Of a stretch of DNA of 32,830 nt, positions 1 to 8,400 are shown in pieces. Source of the stretch: Myxococcota bacterium (GTDB lineage Bacteria; Myxococcota; JACRCW01). The notes under the pieces were generated by a model. The model was not told the DNA's origin. It saw nothing but the letters and a program-made list of their open reading frames with translations, and searched no databases. The position numbers and the translations under genes are program-made. Each line of letters opens with the position of its first letter. Position 1 is the stretch's first letter. The stretch is taken from positions 1 through 32,830 of the forward strand of contig JBFMGU010000119.1 of the NCBI GenBank assembly GCA_040752415.1. The letters are read 5' to 3'.

Positions 1-161
1 GGCGCGTGGCGCGGGCATTCCTGCGTGTGGCGACGACGCAGCCACTCCGTTCCACACCCACGCCTCCACTCCCGCTGACGTCGGCGGAGAGTCGCGTCCG
101 CAATCGTTAACCTAGGTGGCCCGGCTGGTGTCGGAGCTGCGGGTGGAAGGAGTGCCGTTCC

Positions 162-3100
162 ATGCGCCGCGTGATCCCAGCGGCCGGCCTGGCCCTGGCC
201 CTGCTCATGGCGGCGGCCGTGACGTTGCTGGACCGTCTCCTCCCGTCGGCGGAACGGCAGCGCGACGCGGTGGTGGAGACCATTCACCGTCGGCTGGGGA
301 GGAACCTCACGCACGACCGCGTGGAACTGGCGTGGGACGGCGGGCCGGCGCTGCGCGTGGTGGCGCTGAGGGTCTCGGGGCCCCCGGGCACGTCGGAGCC
401 GCAGCTCACGGCCCGGCACGTGTTGGCGCGCGTCGACGTGAAACGGACGCTCTCCGACTGGGGCCGGCGGCTGCACATCTCCCACGTGGTGGTGGTGCAG
501 CCGGAGCTGAAGCTCACGCGCAACGCGTTGGGCGACTGGAACTTCTCCGACGTCACCAACCACGTTGCCGACGACACCGCCGCCGCCGCGCATGATGACG
601 CCCAGGCCTCCAGCTGGGGCCGCATGCTGCACCGCCTGGAGCTTCCCCCGATCACCGTCGTGGGCGGGCGGATTGTCGTCGAGGACCAGCTGCAGGGCCG
701 CATCCTGACCGTGGAGCACGTGCAGATTGCGCTGGACCGCGTCACGCCCCTGCTCGGCGCGCACGCCGTGGTGGACCTGGCCTTCCGCGACGGCGCCCAC
801 ACCGCGCCCCTGCACCTGGATGCGCGCGTGATGCCCCTTCCCGACGGACGGGCCCCCATCCTGCCCGGCGTGGCGCTCACCGTGAGCCTCTCACCGCTGG
901 AGCTGGGTCCCTGGTCGGCGTTGTTGCCGTGGGAAGGCGTGTGGCCCGCCGCGGGCACGTTGCGCGTGGACATGACGGGAACCGCGTTGCCCGGGTACCG
1001 CTGGGTGGCCACGCGGGGCAGCGCCTCGGCGAATGGTCTGGTCCTCGCGCGCGGCACGTCGCTGGGGCAACCCTCGGACGTGCACCTCGACGTCGACATC
1101 CTGGGTGACCTGGACCGCCAGCAGTACGTGATCCGCAGGCTTGACCTGCAGGCGCCCTCGCTCTCGCTGCGCACGCGGTTGCAGGTGGAGGAGTGGTCGC
1201 TGGACGGTATGCGTGACGCGGACATTGCGCTGCGCGTGATCGACGTCGACGAGCTGCGCGGCATGTTCCCGCCCGGGGAAACATGGACGGGCTGGCACAT
1301 CTCCGGCCCCCTGGAGGCCACCGCGCGCACCGACGCCAACCACCACGACCTGCGCATTGCCCTCGACGAGGCGCATGTGCGGTACGCGGGCGTGTTCGAC
1401 AAACCGCCGGGCACGTCCATGCACATCCGCGTGGCCGCGGAACGACGAGGCCCGCGGATCCTGGTCCACACCGCCGAGATGACGTTGGACGACGTCATGC
1501 TCGCGGGCTCGGGCGACTTTCCGTTGCGTCCTGGCGAGCCGTTCTCCCTCCAGCTGGACACCGGCACGGTCCCCATCCGTCGGCTCGCGGGCGTGCTCCC
1601 GGAGGTCAAACAGGCCCTGCGCAACCGGGAGACCGTGCGCGGAGAGATGCAGCTCCGCGTGGCCGCGAGCGTTGTCCCAGACGGAGAACACTACGACGCC
1701 ACGCTCCGCCTGCGCGGCATGGACGTGAGCCTTCCCCACACCGTGATCCGTGGCGACGCCAACCTCCTCGCCAGCATCCACCATCACCGCGGGACAACCA
1801 CCGCGCTCATCCGCGCGCCCCTCGACGACCTGCAGCTGCGCCTGGTGGATGCCCGTCGTCACCGCTGGCTGGACAAGCCGCGCGGAATGCGCGCGAGCCT
1901 GCACCTGCGCGCCGTGGAAACCGGCGACAACGCGCACATTGAACGCGCCGATCTGCGCCTGGGTCGCATCCGGCTGACGGCGCGCGGGGAGGCCCACGGA
2001 CTGGAGGGCCCGAGCCCGACGGTGGAGCTGCACGCGGGGCGCGTGGATATCCCGCTTGACGACGTGCGAAAGGTGTTCCCCGAGACACGCGTGGTTCCGC
2101 GTGGCATGCGCTTGCGGGGAAATCTCGTCGTCACCGGCAACCCCTGGGACCCGGATTCCGTGGTGGCGCGGGTGGATGACGCCGAGATCAAGACGCCGCG
2201 GAGTCACGTGACGGGCACCGCGGTGGTGCGCGGACTGGTGCGCCCCTTCCTCGACGCGCGACTGGTCAGCACGGTGGACCTCTCGGAGATCCGCAGCGTG
2301 AGCACCGTGCTGCCCAACGAGGGCGTGGCCAGGGGGATTGTGCAACTGCGCGGCCGGATCGACGCGCCTTCGCTCCTGACGGTGAAGGTGGATGACCTGG
2401 ACGTGGCACTGCGCGAGTCACACCTGCGCGGAGAGATGCGGGTAGTGGGTCTGGACGAGCCCCATGTGACGGCGGTGTTGCACGCGGACAAGCTGGTGGG
2501 CGCGGAGCTCCTGGGACCACGCGCCGGCGAGTTCGACGTCGAGCGCAGTCCCCACGGCCTTCCCGCCTTCGCCCGCAGGTTGCTCTCGCGGCTGCGCGCC
2601 GACGTCGAGCTGCATGCGTCCACCTTCGTCGTGGGCAGGGAGGTTCTTCAGGATGTCTCGACGCGGTTCAGCCTCCGCAACGGCGTGCTGCGCATCCAGG
2701 AGCTGCGGGCCCGGGCACGTGGCGGGGCGGTGCAAGCCCTGGATTCCGAGGTGGACCTGCGTTCGGCCTGGGCCCGGAGCCAGTGGAAGCTGCGGCTTGT
2801 CGACGTCGATCTCGCGCAGCTGACCGCCGGACAGGAGGAGCCCTTGGGGGGCCGGGTGAATGCGGACCTGCAGTTCATTGCCCGGGGGCGGAGTCGGGGC
2901 GACATCATCGAAACCATGCAGGGCACGGTCCGCGTCCATGCGCCCTCGCTGCGCGCGGATGACGTGAACCTGGTGGCGTCGTTGCGGTCACCGCTGCGGC
3001 GCGTGCTTCCCCTGGTACGTGTGGACGGACGCGCGGACCCGGTCATTCCCGCGGAGTTCACGGACGTGCGCGCGGAGGGGCGCGTTGCCCGTGGCGTCAT

Positions 3101-3548
3101 CACGCTGACCGGGCCCATGACGCTGCGATCACCGCTGGGGTTCTTGCGCCTCCAGGGCCGCATCCACCTCGACGGAACCCTGGCGCTTCACGGCACCAGT
3201 GAGCTGGAACCCGACCAGGTGGCAACGTTGACCGGCGGGAAATACCGCCCCATGGAAGCACGCACCACGCCGCTCAGCGTGCGCGGAACATTGGACGCGC
3301 CAGAGGTCCGTGACGTCGAGCTGGGCACGTTCGTGGAGGACGAAGACATCCCGCGTGTCATTGGCGCCGCGGCCAACACCGCCAGCGACGCTCGGCAAGC
3401 ACTGGTGCGTGAAGCCCAGCGCGCACGGGAGCAGGTGGCGGAGGAAGACCGTCGCATCGACGAGCGGGCACGGGCCGACGCACAGCGCGCCGCGGAGGAG
3501 CTGCGTCGTCGGGCGGAGGAGCTGCGTCGTCGGGCCGCGCCGCCGTGA
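162..3548 (+). CDS. AsmA-like (repeating beta-groove) envelope protein
   Basis: 1128 aa with an N-terminal TM anchor. Has the AsmA-type segment 'HVVVVQPELKLTRNALGDWNFSD', amphipathic beta-strand repeats throughout, and an AsmA C-terminal-like 'LQGRIHLDGTL...PLSVRGTLDAPEV'. Confidence 0.75.
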   Translation: MRRVIPAAGLALALLMAAAVTLLDRLLPSAERQRDAVVETIHRRLGRNLTHDRVELAWDGGPALRVVALRVSGPPGTSEPQLTARHVLARVDVKRTLSDWGRRLHISHVVVVQPELKLTRNALGDWNFSDVTNHVADDTAAAAHDDAQASSWGRMLHRLELPPITVVGGRIVVEDQLQGRILTVEHVQIALDRVTPLLGAHAVVDLAFRDGAHTAPLHLDARVMPLPDGRAPILPGVALTVSLSPLELGPWSALLPWEGVWPAAGTLRVDMTGTALPGYRWVATRGSASANGLVLARGTSLGQPSDVHLDVDILGDLDRQQYVIRRLDLQAPSLSLRTRLQVEEWSLDGMRDADIALRVIDVDELRGMFPPGETWTGWHISGPLEATARTDANHHDLRIALDEAHVRYAGVFDKPPGTSMHIRVAAERRGPRILVHTAEMTLDDVMLAGSGDFPLRPGEPFSLQLDTGTVPIRRLAGVLPEVKQALRNRETVRGEMQLRVAASVVPDGEHYDATLRLRGMDVSLPHTVIRGDANLLASIHHHRGTTTALIRAPLDDLQLRLVDARRHRWLDKPRGMRASLHLRAVETGDNAHIERADLRLGRIRLTARGEAHGLEGPSPTVELHAGRVDIPLDDVRKVFPETRVVPRGMRLRGNLVVTGNPWDPDSVVARVDDAEIKTPRSHVTGTAVVRGLVRPFLDARLVSTVDLSEIRSVSTVLPNEGVARGIVQLRGRIDAPSLLTVKVDDLDVALRESHLRGEMRVVGLDEPHVTAVLHADKLVGAELLGPRAGEFDVERSPHGLPAFARRLLSRLRADVELHASTFVVGREVLQDVSTRFSLRNGVLRIQELRARARGGAVQALDSEVDLRSAWARSQWKLRLVDVDLAQLTAGQEEPLGGRVNADLQFIARGRSRGDIIETMQGTVRVHAPSLRADDVNLVASLRSPLRRVLPLVRVDGRADPVIPAEFTDVRAEGRVARGVITLTGPMTLRSPLGFLRLQGRIHLDGTLALHGTSELEPDQVATLTGGKYRPMEARTTPLSVRGTLDAPEVRDVELGTFVEDEDIPRVIGAAANTASDARQALVREAQRAREQVAEEDRRIDERARADAQRAAEELRRRAEELRRRAAPP
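3492..3535 (+). repeat. 21-bp tandem duplication encoding (AEELRRR)x2
   Basis: gcggaggagctgcgtcgtcgg occurs at 3492-3512 and 3513-3533. Confidence 0.9.
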
Positions 3549-3560
3549 TAGCGTGGGTGC

Positions 3561-4193
3561 ATGGAGTTGGACCACGTCTACGTGTTCACCACGGTGGGAG
3601 CGCCGGAAGCCCGCGTCCTCGTCGAGGCCGGCCTCACCGAGGGGAGCGGCAACGTGCATCCGGGTCAGGGCACGTCCAACCGCCGCTTCTTCCTCCACAA
3701 CTTCATGCTCGAGCTCATCTGGCTGCGCGACGAGGCCGAGGCCCGCTCCGCCGTCGTGGCCCCCACGCTCCTGTGGGAACGCTCACGGCACCAGGCGTGT
3801 CCCATGGGCATCTGCCTGCGCGGCGCCCGCACCGAGCTGCCGTTTCCGACGTGGGAATACCGCCCGCCCTACCTGCCCGCCGGCCGCGCCATCCACGTGG
3901 CGCACACGCCACCCGAGGAGCCACTCCTTTTTCTCGTCGACGGACTGGTTCGGCCGGATGAGTACCCCGAGGCACGTCGTGAGCCGCTGGAGCACGCCGC
4001 GGGGCTGCGCGAGTTGACGTCGCTGCGGCTGACCATGCCAACAACGCCCTCGGTGCCCCTGCGAGCGCTGGAGTCGCTGGAGCTGGTGCGGCTGCATCAC
4101 GGCGTGGCCACCCGGATGGAGCTGCAGTTTGACGACGGAAAACGGGGCTGGACGCGCGAGTTGCATCCCCTGCCCTGGACCTTGTCCGCGTGA
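3561..4193 (+). CDS. VOC/glyoxalase-like domain protein (Glyoxalase_3-like)
   Basis: The N-terminus 'MELDHVYV...GNVHPGQGTSNRRFFLHNFMLELIW' matches the LDH...HPGxGTxN...LEL pattern of this family. Confidence 0.75.
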   Translation: MELDHVYVFTTVGAPEARVLVEAGLTEGSGNVHPGQGTSNRRFFLHNFMLELIWLRDEAEARSAVVAPTLLWERSRHQACPMGICLRGARTELPFPTWEYRPPYLPAGRAIHVAHTPPEEPLLFLVDGLVRPDEYPEARREPLEHAAGLRELTSLRLTMPTTPSVPLRALESLELVRLHHGVATRMELQFDDGKRGWTRELHPLPWTLSA

Positions 4194-4195
4194 CG

Positions 4196-5659
4196 TCAGG
4201 ACCGGCGGGGCTCCGTCCAACGCGGCGCACCGGTGAGGATGCCCTGCAGACCCGGCATGGGCTGGCCCACCCGGATTCCCTGGTTGGTGATTTCAATCTC
4301 GCGCACGGTCTTGTCAAAGTCGGTGAGGCGCTTCTTGAGGACACCCACCGTCTTGCGCACCTCCACGCGCTCCTGCCGGTGCAGCTCCAGGTACTGCATG
4401 AACAGGATGTTGTCGGCCACGGGGGAGATGCCCGCCTCCGTGATGCGCAGCTCTCCTCCCAGCGCCCGCAGCTCACTGATGGCCAGCACCGTCACCCCCC
4501 GCGCCGTCAGGTAGCGACACAGCGAGTAGAGGCTGTTGTTTGCGTCGGGAGCCAGCATGGCCATTCCAAAAGCGCCAATGCTGTCCAGCATCACCATCGT
4601 GGCTCCGTCGTCGGCGGCCTTTCGGACGGCGTTGGCGAACTCCAGCGGTGACAGCTCGGCGGGATGCACCTCTTCCACGGACAGCGCGCCGCACTGCACC
4701 AACGCGCGCGCCGGTTGGCCAACCGCGTCGGAACGCAGCAGCATCGTCTCGCGCCCCTCCACGAACGAGTAGACCACGGCGCGTTCCTCCCGCGCGGCGG
4801 CCTGCACCATGAATTGCATGCCCAGGGTGGACTTCCCCACGCCGCTGGGACCACTGATGATCGTGGTCGTTCCCCGCTCCAATCCGCCGTGGAGCAGCTC
4901 ATCCAGCGCGGGGATCCCCGACGGAATGGCCTCCGTGCGCGGAGGAACCCTGGTTGTCTCGACGGGGAGCACCGGGAAGACGCGCATGCCCTGACCGCCC
5001 AGCCGCACCGCGTGGGCACCTGCGCGGGGACCGGAGCCGCGCATCTTGGTGACGCGGAGGAACCGTCCCTCCGGCCCCGCCGTCAGGTCCAGGATTCCGT
5101 CGCTGAGGAACTGCAGGTCGTCGTCGTAGAGGTCCCGTCCCGACTCGGAGGTGAACACCACGGTGGTGGTCAGCTCGGAAAGGAAGCGCAGGAAGCTGTG
5201 GACCTGCCGCCGGAACGCGGCCACGTCCTGGCTCTGGTAGCGGAGCTGCGTCAGCGCGTCGACGAAGACACGCTGCGGCTTCAGCGCATGCACGCGCGAG
5301 AGGATGCGTTTGGTGACGCTCTCCGCCTCCACCTCCGCCGGTGAGAAGAAGTCATAGGTCTGCACCTGCGCCAGCAGCGCCGAGGAGGGACTGAGGTCCA
5401 CGAAGTTGACGCCGGAGAGGTCCAGGCCCACCGCAGCCGCGTTGGCGCGCAGGCGCGCTTCCGTCTCACCCAGGGTGATGCACAGCGCCTGCTCTCCGCG
5501 CGCCTTCCCGGCGGCCAGGTAGTGCATTCCCAACGTGGTCTTGCCGGCGCCGGGGCCGCCACGCACCAGGTAGGCCTGCCCGCGGATGAACCCGCCGTTC
5601 AGCACCTCGTCGAGGCCGGCAATTCCAGAGGTCAGTCGACCGTGTCCCGATTGCACCAT
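4196..5659 (-). CDS. KaiC-like tandem RecA-fold ATPase
   Basis: Two ATPase domains: 'SGIAGLDEVLNGG...GGPGAGKT...VFVD...VTKMRGS' and 'SGIPALDELLHGG...GPSGVGKST...MLDS...VLKKR'. Confidence 0.9.
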   Translation of the reverse strand: MVQSGHGRLTSGIAGLDEVLNGGFIRGQAYLVRGGPGAGKTTLGMHYLAAGKARGEQALCITLGETEARLRANAAAVGLDLSGVNFVDLSPSSALLAQVQTYDFFSPAEVEAESVTKRILSRVHALKPQRVFVDALTQLRYQSQDVAAFRRQVHSFLRFLSELTTTVVFTSESGRDLYDDDLQFLSDGILDLTAGPEGRFLRVTKMRGSGPRAGAHAVRLGGQGMRVFPVLPVETTRVPPRTEAIPSGIPALDELLHGGLERGTTTIISGPSGVGKSTLGMQFMVQAAAREERAVVYSFVEGRETMLLRSDAVGQPARALVQCGALSVEEVHPAELSPLEFANAVRKAADDGATMVMLDSIGAFGMAMLAPDANNSLYSLCRYLTARGVTVLAISELRALGGELRITEAGISPVADNILFMQYLELHRQERVEVRKTVGVLKKRLTDFDKTVREIEITNQGIRVGQPMPGLQGILTGAPRWTEPRRS

Positions 5660-5711
5660 GCGCGCGCCCTCACTGCGCCGGAACTGCTAGCACAGCAGGA
5701 CACCACGCCGC

Positions 5712-5978
5712 TCACATCCGACGAGAATGCTGCTCCCGGCTGCCATCCATGCTGATGCGCACAGGGTGACGACGGAGCTCGGTGCCCGCCGGGCCAATGT
5801 CGGTGGGATGACCGCCAATCACAATGACGGTGGTCTCCGGCTCCTCGGGGTGCTCATGCCGCGGACCCTGGCGCGGGGTGCGCTCACGCGGGTCACGACG
5901 GATGGGCAGGCCCAGGCGCCGCTCCGTGCGTGGGAAAGAGCTGCGCAGACCTGGGACCGACCGGTGGACAGTCTTCAT
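5712..5978 (-). CDS. possible small hypothetical protein (88 aa)
   Basis: A strong SD (GGAGGGAG) precedes the ATG at 5978. It fills the gap and is co-oriented with both neighbours. No recognisable domain. Confidence 0.3.
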   Translation of the reverse strand: MKTVHRSVPGLRSSFPRTERRLGLPIRRDPRERTPRQGPRHEHPEEPETTVIVIGGHPTDIGPAGTELRRHPVRISMDGSREQHSRRM

Positions 5979-6076
5979 GCTCCCTCCTGCCATCGTTCTA
6001 GCGACGCAGGAGGGTGACGCAGGTGGTCCGCGTCCCAGCTCACGCCATCACGGGATGCGTGACGACGGGACCTTGC

Positions 6077-7495
6077 TCAGGCCGTGGCTTCCGCCAGCTT
6101 CTTGAGGCTGCCTCGAGCGTGGACCAGCTGCTTGTCCAGCTCGTCCACCTTGGCGCGCTGCTGCTTCCAGAAATCCTGCTCCCACAGGGCGTGCAACTCG
6201 TCGATGCTCTTGCCCTGCTGCTCCACCCACGTGAAGTACTTCTGGTTGTGCCAGCGCTTGCGCGCGGCCAGCGTTCCCTCGAGGAACATGTCGCCGCCGC
6301 CGGGCTTGCGGAAGACCTCCAGGTTGCGCAGCTGGCGGTCGCGCGTGACCGAGGGGACGCCATCCTCCTCGTTCAGCTTCTCCAGGCAGCTCGGGTAGCG
6401 GTCGAATCCGTCGGTGGCCACGGTGGCCACCACGTCGTGACGGCCCAGCCCCAGGTAGCGCGCGGTCTTGATGGCGCCCAGCACGTTGCACACGCCGCTC
6501 ATGCCAAAGCTGTCCGCCAGCTTCTGCACGTGGCTCTCGCGGATGCCCAGCTCCTTGGTGAGCAGCTCGGCGCCCTGCTGGATGAGCTGCAGGCCGCGCA
6601 GGGTGTCCTCGTCGTCAATGCAGAACAGCAGGTCCATGTTGGCCACGTTGTGGATCCACGTGACGTGTTTGTCGCCAATGCCCTCGATGCGGTGCGCGCC
6701 AAAGCCCACGTTGAACAGCGTGGGGCACTGCACCGGCTCCAGCCCCACGATGTGGAAGCCCGGGTGGTGCTCCTTGAGCGTGTCACCGGCGCCAATGGCT
6801 CCCGCGCTGCCCATGGCGCTCACCCACGCGCGCAGGTGCAGTGGACCGGCGTGCTCCTTCTGCAGCGTGCGGAACGCGTCCTCCACGGCGGAGGCCGTCA
6901 CCGTGCTGTGGAAGCGGTAGTTCCCGAAGTCGGCGAACTGGTTGAGGATGAGGTTGTTCGGGTCGCGCTTGAGCTCGTTGACCTTGTCGTAGATTTCCTT
7001 GACGTTGCTTTCACTGCCCGGCGTGGCAATGGCCTCCGCGCCGTAGCCCTTGATCTTCTCGAAGCGCTCCCGGCTCATCTCCGCCGGCAGCACCACCAGG
7101 GAGCGGTAGCCCATGCGCGGCCCCACCCACGAGCCGCCGATGCCGAAGTTGCCCGTGGAAGGCCACACCGCGGTGCGGTTGCCCGGCTTGGCCTCGCCGG
7201 AGAGCTGCTTCTCGACGAGCGCGCAGTATCCCGGCCCAACCTTGTGGCTTCCCGTCGGAAAGTAGCGGCCCTTGAGCACCAGGATGTTGGCGCTGATGCC
7301 GGTGAGCTCGTGCGGGATGGTGACAAAACGGACCTGGCCGTTGTCGTCCTTCCAGTTGATGTTGAAGAGGTTGATGGGGTCCAGTGGCGCCTCGGTGCGC
7401 GCCTTCTGCGCCTTCTGGCGGATGGCCTGCGGAATGAGGCTGGGGTCCTTCATCTCCGCGTACGTGGGTCCAAAAATGAGGTTGTCCTGGCTCAT
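6077..7495 (-). CDS. PLP-dependent enzyme, fold type II (cysteine synthase/TrpB-like family)
   Basis: Motifs 'FPTGSHKVG' (PLP lysine), 'PSTGNFG', 'LNQFADFGN', 'MGSAG' and 'HRIEGIG'. Start moved to ATG 7495 (MSQDN), which has a GGAG SD. Confidence 0.85.
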   Translation of the reverse strand: MSQDNLIFGPTYAEMKDPSLIPQAIRQKAQKARTEAPLDPINLFNINWKDDNGQVRFVTIPHELTGISANILVLKGRYFPTGSHKVGPGYCALVEKQLSGEAKPGNRTAVWPSTGNFGIGGSWVGPRMGYRSLVVLPAEMSRERFEKIKGYGAEAIATPGSESNVKEIYDKVNELKRDPNNLILNQFADFGNYRFHSTVTASAVEDAFRTLQKEHAGPLHLRAWVSAMGSAGAIGAGDTLKEHHPGFHIVGLEPVQCPTLFNVGFGAHRIEGIGDKHVTWIHNVANMDLLFCIDDEDTLRGLQLIQQGAELLTKELGIRESHVQKLADSFGMSGVCNVLGAIKTARYLGLGRHDVVATVATDGFDRYPSCLEKLNEEDGVPSVTRDRQLRNLEVFRKPGGGDMFLEGTLAARKRWHNQKYFTWVEQQGKSIDELHALWEQDFWKQQRAKVDELDKQLVHARGSLKKLAEATA

Positions 7496-7636
7496 GGGCT
7501 CTCCGCAGGCGCCGTCGTGCAGACGGGCTTTCAGGGGCGGAAACCCTAGGCGCCGCGAGGGAAGGACCGCAAGCTTGGGGCCTGATGCCCTCGCCCGCGT
7601 CAGCGTTCCCGGCGGAGACGGATTCACGCGCCCGTC

Positions 7637-8032
7637 TCAATGGATGAGGTCGACCCGTGCCACATGTCCGGAAACGCCCAGGAGCTTGGCGTCGCACGTG
7701 ACCAGGGGAGCACCGAGGGTCTCCGCCAGCGCCAGGTACGCTGCGTCGGACGCCGTGGCGTTGTGGCGGAGTCCCCAGATCCTGGGCAGGAGCGCATCAT
7801 GCGCGTGGCGGATGACGCCAAGGTCGGCCAGGTTGCGGAACCCGAGCAGCGCGCGCGCAGGGTCCAGCGTCCCGGCGGCCACATGCCGACGCAACACGCT
7901 GGCAACCTCGAGATCCAGGAGGTGGGGCGCGTGTAGCGTCTCCAGTGGGGCCATGATGCGCCGACCCACCGCTGGTGCGCGGAACGTTCCCAGGATGAAC
8001 TCGACGACGGCTGACGCGTCGACAACGATCAT
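7637..8032 (-). CDS. vapC: VapC-family PIN-domain toxin
   Basis: 131 aa. The acidic PIN residues are intact in 'MIVVDAS', 'LDLEV', 'ASDAAYLALAE' and 'LVTCD'. ATGA overlap with the upstream antitoxin. Confidence 0.92.
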   Translation of the reverse strand: MIVVDASAVVEFILGTFRAPAVGRRIMAPLETLHAPHLLDLEVASVLRRHVAAGTLDPARALLGFRNLADLGVIRHAHDALLPRIWGLRHNATASDAAYLALAETLGAPLVTCDAKLLGVSGHVARVDLIH

Positions 8033-8259
8033 CGGCGCTCCCGTTCCTCCCGGAGCATCTCTGCCGCGCTCGGGTTCAGCTCAATGGGGGGCAATGCGTT
8101 GATGCGCTCCAGCATCTCCTGGCGCGTGGGAATCTCCGCCAGATGCTTGACCTCCGCCAGCAGGTAGTCCGAGAGCGACATCCCCGCCATGGCAGCGCGC
8201 GCTTTCAGTCTGCGGTGGATGGCGTCCGGAACGTTCCGGATCTGGATCATCTTGGCCAT
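8029..8259 (-). CDS. FitA/VapB-like ribbon-helix-helix antitoxin
   Basis: 76 aa beginning 'MAKMIQIRNVPDAIHRRLKARAAMAGMSLSDYL', an RHH signature. Lies directly upstream of vapC. Confidence 0.88.
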   Translation of the reverse strand: MAKMIQIRNVPDAIHRRLKARAAMAGMSLSDYLLAEVKHLAEIPTRQEMLERINALPPIELNPSAAEMLREERERR

Positions 8260-8291
8260 GTGCACAGCGTATTTGCATGTGCTGCACATGC
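8257..8291 (-). promoter_or_regulatory. candidate TA operator and -10 element
   Basis: Perfect inverted repeat GCATGTGC-T-GCACATGC (8275-8291) and an extra half-site CATGTGC (8257-8263). TACGCT lies 6 nt upstream of the antitoxin ATG. Confidence 0.6.
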
Positions 8292-8326
8292 CCACCCCGT
8301 TCCGCTGGAGTTCCCGCCCAACTTCC

Positions 8327-8355
8327 TTGACGGGATGGGCCAGAGCCTCTAGCAG
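8327..8355 (+). promoter_or_regulatory. candidate sigma70-type promoter for lysS
   Basis: TTGACG (8327-8332), a 17-nt spacer, then TAGCAG (8350-8355). The -10 match is weak. Confidence 0.35.
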
Positions 8356-8400
8356 CAAAGCCCCGGCGCTCCGTCATGACGCGCCAGCCAGGAAAGCCAA

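Noticed and set aside
4196..5659. Circadian clock system
   Set aside because: There is no kaiA or kaiB in the window, and the S-T phospho-site is not canonical.
5727..6017. 96-aa plus-strand ORF
   Set aside because: It has no SD or domain. The overlapping minus-strand ORF has a better SD and fits the orientation of its neighbours.
6014..7549. 511-aa plus-strand ORF (similarly 8374-9789, 9696-11258, 17042-18511, 27682-28947)
   Set aside because: These are shadows of well-supported genes on the opposite strand.
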